A stretch of 64,000 bases of DNA from Botryllus schlosseri (lineage: Eukaryota). Shown here piece after piece: positions 10,901 through 23,300 of this stretch. Each line of letters begins with the position of its first letter. Position 1 is the stretch's first letter. Both the position numbers and the translations under genes were made by a program. The notes under the pieces were generated by a model. The model was not told the origin of the DNA. It ran no database searches and saw nothing but the letters and a program-made list of their open reading frames with translations. The DNA lies in contig CM119383.1 in the NCBI GenBank assembly GCA_051294905.1, positions 6,696,001 to 6,760,000 on the forward strand. The letters run 5' to 3'.

Positions 10901-13900
10901 ATGCGTATATTGGCAAAAATGCATCTATTGAAAAGTATTCCCTTTGTAATATCATTGGTGGGATTCGTGGCGTGCAAGACCGCTCTGAATCCAAAATCAG
11001 GACCTTCTCATCAACCAATCCGCGAAGAAAATTTATCTAGCAATTACCAAGACTTTGACGTGGCCACAGGACATGATCGTTATTCTTCACACTCGGGTAA
11101 AACTAAAGACCCCGTTTCATTTGCGGACACATCCGATAGTCCCCGTACTGGAAGACATACCAAAATGGTTGATGCCACGGGAAAACTGAAGGTTCGTCAC
11201 AAGGGAAAGGAACGTCGACACAAGAAAATCAGTCACGATAATCAGGAGCTAGGGTGGCATTATTGCGCTGACGGTGGGAGACCGATAGACTTGAAAGATA
11301 TCAACGAAACAGAGTATACTGGGATGGGCTATATGTGTGGCGAGATGTACCCATCTTCGACTTGCTGTTACGATCACGACACGAACATGGATGTTACCGC
11401 CGACCAGGTTTGAATACATCTATTTCTTCGTCGTATCATAATTCAGAAGCTTAATTTTTTCAATCAAAACAATCGCAATATTGTGAAAGCTGGAAGTGAC
11501 GCGATATGTCTGGATAATACACATACCTCAACATACTGAGGTATTTTCATGCTGAAACATAACACCCTATTGGACCCGTCTCCCGTCATTACTTCGCAGG
11601 GACTATTCGAATCTGGAGAATAAATAAACATTTAACACGAAATTCCGTATTATCCAATAAATCTAACACAATAGATACTCATTTTTATCGCACTTGTAAT
11701 CGGCTCGAATTACCGTGAATCACAGCGTTACGTTACTTCGTTCGACGAGATGCTGACAATTAAAAGAGGCACTTCAAAGGCTTGCAGAGCACACATACAA
11801 GTGATACGTCAGATCATTTTGGGCGTGTGAAAATGTTTGTATAGAAGAAAGTATGTACGGATGTTGCACCAATCGTACCACACTTTTGCGATATCATATT
11901 AGCCCATACACAGGCATTTAACCTTCTTGGTCCTTGTCAGTCATCTAGCTAGACTAGACACCTTATTAAAAAGTTACAGCTCGAACTTCAACGTATGCAA
12001 TGCGTATCGAGACGACGTGGCCATTAAAATCTCCCATAAGTAGGCCTATGGGGTACATTCATCTATTTCTGGGATTGTCAGTAAATTTGGACGGAGCTGT
12101 CGCGAGAAGTCACAAAGAATAAACCAGCCGCTACATGCGTCCAGGCGCGTGTTTCTGCGCTATCACTATAATTATACATGTCGCATCGCTGTCGGAATGA
12201 CTATTGTAGCAATCTGCCAATGTATCCATGCCATATTATACATACCATGCGGTCGTGCGGGTGTTTTCTGATATCATGGTGCCCCTTACCCTAACCCTAT
12301 CCCAGTGGTTTCTAACCTTTACTAACCTGGGGAGCACTGACGCTAATCTACTAGCCTTCGGAAATCCAAATTTTTCACTGAGCCACTAAGTTAGGCTTAC
12401 CATATTTTGGAAATCAAAAAAGAGGACACTTTTTCAGAAATTTTCAACTTGCAGATCCGGAGTGAAATTCTCAAAAATCGGTTAATTTTTCCCACTTTGT
12501 GATCGGTTGACTAAAAAAAAAAGGTCATCTCTTCCGCTCAGAACTCAAAATACCGTTTTTCTCCCCACATTGCCAGATGGATGACTAAATAAAAAAAAAA
12601 AAAAAAAGGTCATCTTTTCGCTTAGAGCTAAAATCACCGTTTTTCACCCGTCGGAGCTTCACGTCTGTGCTAATATGTGGCATATCACTCGCAATTTGCT
12701 CTAAATCTGCTCTAAATCCTAAAAAAGAGGACAAAATCTCAAAAAAGAGGACAAAAGGGCGTCCTCCGAGGACACTTTCAAAAAAGTCAAAAAAGAGGAC
12801 AAATCCTCTTAAAAGAGGACGTATGGTAAGCCTACATTAAGTTAACACTCTACCACAATACACATCTAAACACACATCTATACTATAGATTACTGGTGCA
12901 CAAAAGTACAAACCAGCAATCCAATTTTCCTTCGAATTTGCTAGATACCATTTCTGCTGCTATAGCAACCGATTGGGAGCCTGAAAACGGCATATGAGAA
13001 AATACATCAGAATATGTTTGGTTCCAATCAACTATTTGGAGCATGGTCCTATTCCACCTATATAGGCCTAGTTCGTCAAAATCGTTACCGTACTTTCGTT
13101 TACATATAGGCCTATTATAGCCTACCTGATTCCTACATGTTGGGGCAGGTCAACACTCTTTCTTCAAAATTCGGACAGTAAACGTATTACAGATATTGGA
13201 GGAAATCCCACAGCACGAGTGTGCCAGAATGTTGATGAAGTTACGGTGCGCTCACTGCTCGCCAAGATCGTGGCGGTTATTTCACGCTCCCGATAGGATG
13301 CGCCTGCCTCACAAAAGAGTTCTTCCAATCATGTGCCCATCATTCTGCAAAAGGTTTCACGGGGCGTGCAGAAATTCAGTGGCAGGTAAGCACCATGCAT
13401 TTGTAAATTATCAATTTGTTGGCATTGATATTGTCAGTTCAGTGCTCAGTTGTAAAGTAGGCCTAGCTATACCAGGCCGTGTTTTTTCTCAGGCAAAACA
13501 AATATAATGACGAAAAAATCATGCATAATCCTTCATAGAATATCAAAATAATGTTATGCAATCAGAAGGATTTCCAATCGACTGCATGTTGTAGCGTATG
13601 TTGCGGATTATCAACACTTATGCGATCAAGATTATAGTATGACTGCAGGCTACTATAACTGGTGACGACTGCTTCTTGATTTGAAAAATCTCGGATATTC
13701 CAAACACAATCGATATCCGTCAACAAAATCCACAACCGTTTCCAGGTAGGCCTATACCTAGCAATCTCAAAACCTCCTCGGCAAGGCTCGCTCCACAGTA
13801 GCTCTGGGCATATTGAAAGTCACTGATAAAAATATACTAAAAAGCGAAGGCCTCGAGGAGCTTAGTATTGCGCAATCCAGTAGACCAGGCTAGATGTAGG

Positions 13901-14261
13901 TAGGCCTATCGGGCAAATTATTTCGGCGCACCTGGTGAATATTCGTTGAAATGCGTGTGGTCGTGAAATTTTCTGCTCATTGTGGCCATGTCTGGGGTCG
14001 GAACAATCTTGGCGGCCATTGTATTAATAAGTGTGATTACTTAAATTTATTCGTCGTGGATTCGTAGTCAACTAAGTAGTGTGACCAGTAACCAAAGGGC
14101 GAAGATCTCTATGTGGGGAGATGGACTTGGACTGCACCAAAACCTGATGAGCATCTCATTTTGCAGGCCTGGAAGGACACGATTTTTGCGAATATCACAC
14201 CACAGATGAAGATGGCCCATGCTTTCCTGACTCTGTCGTTCGACGTGGATCAATCGACTAA
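10901..14261 (+). CDS. HHIP: Hedgehog-interacting protein (HHIP)-like secreted protein, N-terminal cysteine-rich domain only; exons 10901-11407, 13193-13385, 14167-14261 (264 aa)
   Basis: Signal-peptide-like start. The spliced product reads MCGEMYPSSTCC...ECARMLMKLRCAHCSPRSWRLFHAP...VLPIMCPSFCKRFHGAC...DFCEYHTTDEDGPCFPD, matching the recalled vertebrate HHIP N-domain (LCGGFYPRLSCC...ECGKLLEEIKCALCSPHSQSLFHSP...VLPLLCKDYCKEFFYTC...EFCFYYARKDGGLCFPD). GT/AG sites and phases (0, 1) are consistent; TAA at 14259-14261. Confidence 0.88.
12392..12834. mobile_element. hAT-type MITE with AAAAGAGGAC subterminal repeats
   Basis: TIR TAGGCTTACCATA/TATGGTAAGCCTA; TSD CACTAAGT/CATTAAGT (7 of 8 match). It may sit inside an older element starting cagtggtttctaacc at about 12303. 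Confidence 0.85.
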
Positions 14262-16475
14262 TTTGCGTGACGTTTCTTAGATGTATGCATATATGTGTAA
14301 ATAAGGCGCTCAAGCTGGGTCCTGTCCTTTCGTGCACCAAGCAATAATATGATATTCTGAAGTTGAGAGGCTGCGACGAATCTGTCGTGGAAGAGTACGA
14401 CCCAATATATTCCACAATTCTCTGTATATACCAGTAGGCAATCAAATCACTTTGTATATCCTTGACGGTTTTCCACCATTTTAGTCTGCGAAACATTAGA
14501 CGTCATGTCTCCGCCGGATGTTATTCTACACGACTGCAATTATTCCTCTGACAGAGTAGGCTATAAAAGGCCAAGTTAGAATGAAACCGGTAACTTTATC
14601 TTCGTCCATATGCAGTGGAAGACGATCTAGATAAGACGCGAGCGGATCCTCAAATTTCGGTTCATAATACATCCTAATTCGGCTAGAAATATAACGCGAG
14701 GTATGAAGCAACTTCAGATTCAGTCTCGCCATAACCTTAAAATTGAGAAAATCTCACAGCGACTCATCACACAACTTCACACGCACAAGGCAAATGGCAC
14801 TGATCTTTGTCTCCCCTGACCCATCACACACACAGAGACATACGCGAGAGGAAAAACGCCACTTGAAAACGTTTTTAGTTGTATTTTCCGTAACTCAATA
14901 CATCGGTAATGAAATATAGATAATAAACAAAATTTCTCTATTCCGACAAAAATTCATAAATAAGAAAGGTTCAACAAATCGACAGAAGCCGGAGTTTGTT
15001 CGTGAGACGCAACAAGGAGGGTCTTCTTACACTGTCAGGTAGCACACGAATCATGAACAAGAGCGCTCCGTATCGACGCACCAAATATTCCACCTCATAC
15101 TTAGATATTAATCAGTGATTTTCCACGAATGACGAGACACTTTCACAATATTATTGACGGACAAGGGCGTTTCCAAGGAATATCAGTCGCAGAATGTAAA
15201 GGCTCCAGTGAACTGACAACAAAAGCAGGTTTCAAATATTCTGAAATAAATTTTGATCACAATTGAACCACACAATTCCGTATACCTCTTATTGCACAAC
15301 AGGAGCCCATTAACAGCATACACAGAATTGCGTGGCGATACAGAAAATATGACCAGCGATAAAGCTGTACTGGAAACGGAGTAAATTCCTATCCTATGTT
15401 ACTGCATTAAATTTTCAAGATAAATTGATAGGAAATGATTGGTTAGCGGTAAAAGTAACTTCCAAGCGCTAATATGTATTGAGTGAACACGCAAAGAGAG
15501 ATAGCACAGTAGCAGAGGAACCATCGTTGAAGCGTAGCCGGCCTATAACAGCCCGTAGTTTTGTGCATTGCAAAAGATACAGCGATAGACCACATTCAAA
15601 TTCAAGGATTAATCTGTAACAGTTTTACATGTTTCAACAAGGGATTCACGGTGAATAATAACATTGGGAAATCAATCTGTAACATCACACCGAAATAAGG
15701 GCACCAGTGGATTGTGCTATACTTCTAGCCAACTTCCAAATTAGTACTTGAAACTAATGATACCAGCAGATATTAAGGATGTGGGTCCCAACCTCAACAT
15801 CACAGCTAATATTAATTTCACAATTTACCATCGAGAGACTCCCACAAAAACGTGAAATCGCACAGACACTGATGCATGTGCTGAGACATACAATTACAGT
15901 CACGAAGACGTCCAGTTATGGCTCACAAGCCACAAAACGAACAAATCCCGCACCCGAATTTTGCGGCGAGTTGTTTCACATTTAAAACAACCAATGCTAC
16001 TGAATCAACATAAACTAAGACCGAAGAGCTTCTTGAAGGTACAGAACTTCAACATACAATTGAATACTGTGTGCATATTGAAATGAATCCGAATATTTTC
16101 CGCCGACACGCCTCATGGGTAATCGACCGAACTAGTAGAGAATTGGAAAAAACATTTTATATCGACAATCGTATGACAAAATATGGCGTCACTGGCATGA
16201 AATTCCGAATAATCCGAAAAGATCCGGGTTCGTTTCAATATGAATATACTAAACAAACTACAACATAAACACAAATAACCGTCAGTAAAAACAGGAAATT
16301 GGAGGACAGGCGGAGATACAACAGTGCCGTGAGCGAATGAGCCATACGATTCATTGACGGGGCTGGGCAAAATCCAAATACCTGTGTGAATCAGTTCAAA
16401 ATAGAGTAGATCGAGCCGAATGTTCAATTGTCATGGGTGTGGATGTTGTGTAAAGTTAAAATCAATACAATTGTA

Positions 16476-16959
16476 CGGGGGTGTTCGAAAATAACTTTTT
16501 TTTCACAAATTGTACGGGCTATTTGACAAAATTGTGAGGTTGTCTGAAAAAGCAATGCACAACAGATTTGGCTCGATTCCAACCAGTACAAGCAAAGTAG
16601 GAAATTTTGGATTTGGAAAAAATAGTATTTACTCATTTATAATATCTACCCACCGTGAATACTGTGATTTGAAATCTCAAATTTTAAACATCAATAACTT
16701 CGTTTCTACTGGTTCGAATCGAGTCAAATCGGTTGTGCATCGTTTTTTTGTCAGACAACCTAATAATTTCATGAGGAAGCCAACAAAATTTCAAATAATA
16801 TTATATCATTAAATAAATCCAAAACTTTTTCTCTTATAGCGATGCCACTATAGGCTGGAATTGAGCCAAAATTGAGTTGCGGAGTTTTTTAGGTAACTTA
16901 ACAATTTTACGTCGTAGCCAGTACAATAAAAAAGAAGAAGTTATTTTTGAACACCCCTA
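16476..16959. mobile_element. MITE with GGGGTGTTCGAAAATAAC/GTTATTTTTGAACACCCC termini
   Basis: An 18-20 bp imperfect TIR resembling the termini of the 39578-40105 element; no clean TSD. Confidence 0.65.
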
Positions 16960-17372
16960 TGGTACATGCACATTTCGAGTGACCACGAAAAAATATCGCC
17001 AGTTCTTCACCACATAATGACAATTTGGTAATATTTTGACCATGGATATTCCACGGCACGTTGTGACAACGGGTTGATCATGACGTTCGTGTAATTTCAG
17101 CGGTCGAAAAAACGCCTCGAATCATTGCAATCAATACTCAATCATAGTGCCCAGTCCTACTCAACAAAAACAGCAAGATTCCCGACGTCTCCAAACGTGA
17201 ACCGGGATAATTTAACGCAGTATCAAATCAAGTATAAAGTCCACCGACTCGGCGACAGCCTCCCACCACGCCAAAGGCACAGAGAGAAGATCCGCATCGC
17301 GTACGAAACCGTCTTCACGAACCAAACTTTCTCGTCATCTCCAATCTCTCGGATTCGCGCGCTAACGTCTCG

Positions 17373-20300
17373 CTACTTGCCCGTTTTCTCCTTATTTTTT
17401 CTCTGGAAAAATGTCCTCTTTATAAAATTAGTCTTCCTGCCCTTGTCGACGCCAACAACAGATACATTCTCCGCACTAGATAAGCTGGCCGAGTCCAGCG
17501 AGCCGTTAGTTTCCGTACGCTGCTTCGGCGAGCTAGCCAACCGTACGCCGTTGTCTTTCACAGCAGGCAAGGACTGCACACTGGGGGAACGTTTCGACGC
17601 CGTCAACCGCTCGGTCGAATTCGTCGTCTCAGATTTTTCCGTCACAGGGGAATTCCCGTTAGATTTCGCCGCATCATCGTTTTCAGATTTTACCGCGTCG
17701 CCGTTTTCCGTAAAGTCCGGCAACTGCGCTCGGCGTTTCGCGACCGGCGATCTTTTCGGGAATGTTTGGTTGCCGCTCTCCGGTATCTCTAAATGCGACG
17801 GAAGCTCTTTGGCGCTTTGCGAGTGGACGATGGTTTTAGTTTCCTTGGTCGGCTGGGAGCCTTTGCGCTGCTTCTTTGGGTCGGCGTGACTCGACAAGTT
17901 GACGGGCACGCTTGTGTTTGAAGGCATGGTTCCGAATTTTCGACTCGGGTTCGGACTGAAAAGTATTCAACATGAAAACGGATTAAAAGATGACCGACCA
18001 AAATTTAATAATTCCTAATTCGATAATTCTTAACCTGGTGAACCCTTCCACTAATCTGCAAGCTTTTGGAGAACCCAAAATATTCGCCGAGTCAAGAAAT
18101 ACACAAAAATCTCATACATTACCATGGAACACTAGTGCACAACAATAGTTCTAAAAGAACAAAACAATTACGACAAGATTTTCACACAAAACAAAAAGAT
18201 TATATGTGGCATCTGCTGTATGAGCCGAGTGTGTATCTTTACCTCCAGCAAACCAATGGGGTGAGCTTCTAACCCTGTTAAGAACAGCTGTTCTTTAAGT
18301 AGCATCTGTCTGTACCAATATTTCATTGTGGGATTATACGCGATTTTCTCGCATAATCCACCATCAATACCGCACTATACGACTGTTCAGACCTACACGC
18401 TACCTTATAACGTCCAATTAGTTCAGTCGGAGAATATTATGGTGTCATTGCTTTCGGTATTATCAAATCACATATAAACGAGACAAACAGCGTTCTTCAC
18501 ATAATAAATGACACAGGAATAGTTAATAATATGTATCAGGGTTGATATTGGGCCGTTTTCATGCCCCCATTGTTAAAATCTGGCCGTATTTTCGGACAGT
18601 TAGTTGCTTTACTTCCAAACTATACTTGGCCGTGAAAATATATAGACTTCACGAGTGTTACAGTCAAATTTTCTGGCAAAATAATGCACAGATTATACAC
18701 TGAATAGCGCCAAAAGTTTTTGTAACTGTCAATTCGAACGCTGCTGTGACTTATACAGAGTTTGTAACCGATAGCATAACTCCAGAGTTTCATGCAAACC
18801 TACCTAGAATACAATTTTACAGCGGGAAGGTGATTGAAACACGGGTTGAAAGAACTACCTCATCTTAAGTAAAAACTGCGATCAAAGATAGCCTTACAAA
18901 TACAAACATACCTCGACTTCAACTACAAACAGTACCGGGAGTAATCATATATATCGGACAAACAATATGATGTAAAAATCATTTTAAAACGTACCTTTTC
19001 CTCTGAGCACCAGAATTAAAATTCAGCATACTGACCGAGTCCAAATCCTCGTCTTGCACAGTACTAAAAGACAATGCAGAGCATAAGTTGTGATGCGCAG
19101 TTACAGCGAGTATACAACGTTCACCTACCACACAGAAGGCCGTTTACTTTTCCTATGCCTCGGCATCGCAGAGCTGGAGTTTACGGATACGATGCTCATG
19201 GTGTCTAAACCTGAGAGGTACACGAAAGCAGAGTTGGTCAAAGTAGCTATCGTTGGTGGTACCGAAGTAGAAGTAACGCAGGGTTGTAACGACTCGAGTC
19301 ATGAATCCACTGGAGATTTTTTGCGGATCGAGTCATTTTTTAAATATGGAAAACGACTTGGACTAGGCCCTTTGCACTTTGACTTGAAAATGATTCGACT
19401 CGACAAAATTGACTTGTGACTTGGAACCTGGTTAAAACCCTGAAGTAGCGTCTTATATTTCTATGGAGTGCAAGGCAGGGTTGTAACCAAGTCACAAGGC
19501 TCCGAGTCACAAGTCAATCTCACTTTTATAGTTTTGACTCGAGTCAAGTCGAGTCATTTTCAATTCCCACCGAGTCAAGTCCGAGTCCAAATCAGCGAAC
19601 AGAGGATCGAGTCCGAGTCATGGTATTATGACTCGAGTCCGAGTCCAAGTCATTGTGTTGACTGCTCAGTTTCCAGTTAAAGTCTTCCTAAACCCACTTT
19701 TTCAACTCTGTTTGGTGATATTGAATGGTTCGAATTTATAATATATCAATTTTCCTCACTTTTAGCAGTTTCTGGTCGCATTTTCAAGCACCAGTACCAA
19801 CAAACGAAATCCCAATGGTGTGTTGGCTTCGAAATTACCATGAAATGTCGGCCTTGGCCGTCTGAATCTTGAGTCAATGACTTGCTTCGAGTCATGCGCA
19901 ATGACTCGAGTCCAAGTCGAGTCAATACACAGATTGTCTCGAGTCGAGTCATCCGAAAATCATGACTCGAGTCGAGTCATGACTCGAGTCATTACAACCC
20001 TGGTGCAAGGACAAGTAGAGATTCCTAAGTGTGTAAAATTATTCTGGGCCTGGTTTTGCCCAAAAAAACTGAACTGTTGAAAAAAGTTGAAAGTAATCCT
20101 AAAACATAACCACTCACAGTGCAAGTACGCAAAACCTACCGAGTAGGCCTACTCGAAAAATGTAGACGTTATTTGTCACTGCATGAAAGTCACTTGACCA
20201 GGAAAAATCGAGTAAAATCCAACTCGGACCACTAACCAACATACGAAATTTCCTAACGAAATCTGCATTTTTCAAAGATTCTAAGTAGCGTTCCATAGGG

Positions 20301-23300
20301 TTATAGGATTAGTTAACAAGAACACCAAGAAACCCATACTGGATAGCATGTCTTCTTCCGGCGTGCCTTTGGTTCGCGGCGTCTTGCTCGATTTGATCCG
20401 GAATTTACAGAGGCTTTCGATTGTCGTCCATCTCTTCTTGCGTTCCTTCATTATGCTCTGTAGCTCCACAAACTCGTCCCTACGCGACGAAAACGAACAG
20501 TGCAAAGCACACAGAAAGATGTATAAATTTGGGTCGCGACAGCACCAAAGTGGTCGTTTACTATCTGTACCGACAAGATAGCGTAATGGTGGCGGTTCCA
20601 GCGTCTTGATCGGTAGGTCGTGGATTCAATCACTGGACAGGTCATACCAAATACCTGATACAACTGGTATCAGTGGCTTTCAAGCTTGGCACTCAGCCTT
20701 TCCAGGATAGTGTGGAAGGGTAGAGGAAGACTTAGAAAGCTTTACGTGTCCAGTGGCATATATACATCATGTACACACGACACACGGTATGCATATGCAC
20801 AGATCGTGTGTATATGTATCATGGCGTTGCTAGACTACAGGAGTCGACGCATACGCCGCAAGAAGTACAAACGTCCCATTCCTATGTCATATTTTTGAAT
20901 TTCTTGGAAAACAAATTTTTGCATGATTTTCGATTGATAGAGGGACGAGGGACAGGTTCATTTGCCATCATGCTGGACAGCTACGAAAATGCAGAGCACT
21001 ATAACTCTTGATGATTCGTTCTTGTTAGTAAACTGTCAATAGTTTCCTGCCCACTCTTTATCCGTTGTTAATCATCAGCGGCACGCAGTATCTAATTGTC
21101 AGACGGTACTTGGTGTAGTACTAAATGGAAACATTTTAATAACATATTCATGCTGAGAATATCGAAAGTTTTTGTGCAGACACTGACTATTGCCGACACT
21201 CTTCGGGGAGGGAGGAATCGTCAGCAACTGAGACCTATTTGAAAAATTTGAGTTTCACAATATAAAACCAGTCATGAAATTTTATGAAGTAGAAACAAAT
21301 ATACCATAACATTTTCTGCTTGAACGTGAATTCCTAGGGGATTTTATGTATTCTCGGTATGAACGGAATATCAAAATGTGTCCATGCCCCAAAAAATCCC
21401 TTCAAAAACACCCGTCAGGCTGTCATGGCGACACTGTAAAGGCTGAAATTTTCCAATCGCCAGGAATTTCGTTCTTGGTTACGTCCTAACATGTCGGCTC
21501 TCGGACTCGATTCTGGGAAGCAACGTCCTACCTTTAAAAATGCGGAGGGAATTTCCTGAATTAACGGGACTTTCTTGAATTAACGTGATTAAACTAAACA
21601 ACCACTATTTAGCAGTAGTTTGAACATTTTGCCACTTGACATGGGTATGATGACTATATATCAGTTAGAACTGATTACAGTTTGCTGGATGATGTGGTAT
21701 GGTTGGTGCTCTTTCTTGCTGTCTCCTCTCCAACTATTGTGGTTGAGTAAGGATATTTTAATTCCCATAACACAATATCAGCCACTGCGAACAAACAATT
21801 TATCTGCCTAAATTCCAATGCTGGAAGAGTTGTGAACCAGACACGTTTATCTTCTGTTCTATCATCGAATTTGCCTTACATTAATAGCTAGTTGAGAAGG
21901 AAAAGACCTTTGCACAAATTTTTTAAAACATTCAAAGCCAGTGGCCTACGTTTAGTATGACTCAAAGATACCATTTAAAATCCAGATGAGCACAAAGCAA
22001 AGTGAAGATTAATAACCAACCTGGTCTCTTGCATTTTCGAATCGAACCGATCCATCTGTCGGCTGTGAACGACTTGCAATATCCCGAGCAGCGACGATCG
22101 GTTTTTCTCAATCTTTTGAAACTGCGAAATAATGCTAAATCACTTGGGGTTGCTTTTCAAAATGGCAAATATCAGTATGTGTATGAAATCAGATTCAAAA
22201 TAGCAACTACCATCGCATCAAACCAGAAAAGAGAAGTTCCATCACTGAGCAAGTGACGTTTTTATGAAGTGATTCCACCAGTTTTTGACACATTGTGCCA
22301 AATTGTCACAACGGCCTAAACACAGGTTGCTGACTTTGGACAATTTTCCAATTCATATCTAAATAATTTTGTAAGGTTATGGTTTTCTGCCTTATTCAAC
22401 TTTGTTACACGGGGATGGATTACAGCAGTGGATAAAGCAGGAAATTAAGAATTTTTTCCTGCTTACAATCTAATTTTTAAATCTTCCTGCGGTGGCCAAA
22501 ATCACCCGTTAACGTTAGCCGAGCACCGTTCTCGCGGTGTAACACAGCTAGCAATCTAATATGCCACACAAGATGAACTTGGTCTTTTACAGTCATTTCA
22601 AAAATAAATATCTATCCAACGGTAACATTTCATGATTAAATTGAATCCACACGGCCCTTGTAGCTGATCTTGTGAATAGTCTTTAAAGAGTCACTCAGCT
22701 TTGCTTTGCAGGAAGCTTCCGTTTCCTTGGCATATTGAACCAGTTTGGATGTTACTGACACTATGTAAATAATACCGATGTTAGCTGATTGTGAATAGCT
22801 GGCCAATGTCCCCCATAAATTGCAGAGAAATGAAATGAATATGATCGGCCGAATGATATTGACAATTTGGAAATAATGGACTGTGTTTTAGATCAAGAAA
22901 ACCAAAAATTTTAGTCACATGTATAGTTTTTGTCTCCAAATGAAAGGAAATCGCCTGAAATACTTGCTTTCCACGTAAACCAAACAAAGTTTGAGGACGT
23001 AAAATGAACAGTGAATTTTCTTTCCCTACCCGTCAATATAGAGGGGAAAATTTGTTAAAATATTGTATTAAACATCAACTTTGCAATGATAGCACTACGG
23101 TACTGTATTGATGCATATTGTTCCTAAATGACAGTTTGAGATACTTATACCTCGATATTTTGTTCGATAGCAGCATTAGAAACACATATATTGGTTTCTG
23201 GTCAAAGTCCCTCAGCATTGCTAAAGCATTACGGAAACATAAAATAAGCAAGGGAGCTTGTGCCAAACCTGCGCCTTAGTCATCTCCAAGTCTTCTTGCA

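Noticed and set aside
12281-12302. Telomere-like ccttaccctaaccctat
   Set aside because: Only about two imperfect units; too short to call.
17125-17889. 254-aa plus-strand ORF
   Set aside because: Antisense shadow of the STIM last exon. The same applies to 4267-4668 over the connexin and 36839-37417 over AlaRS.
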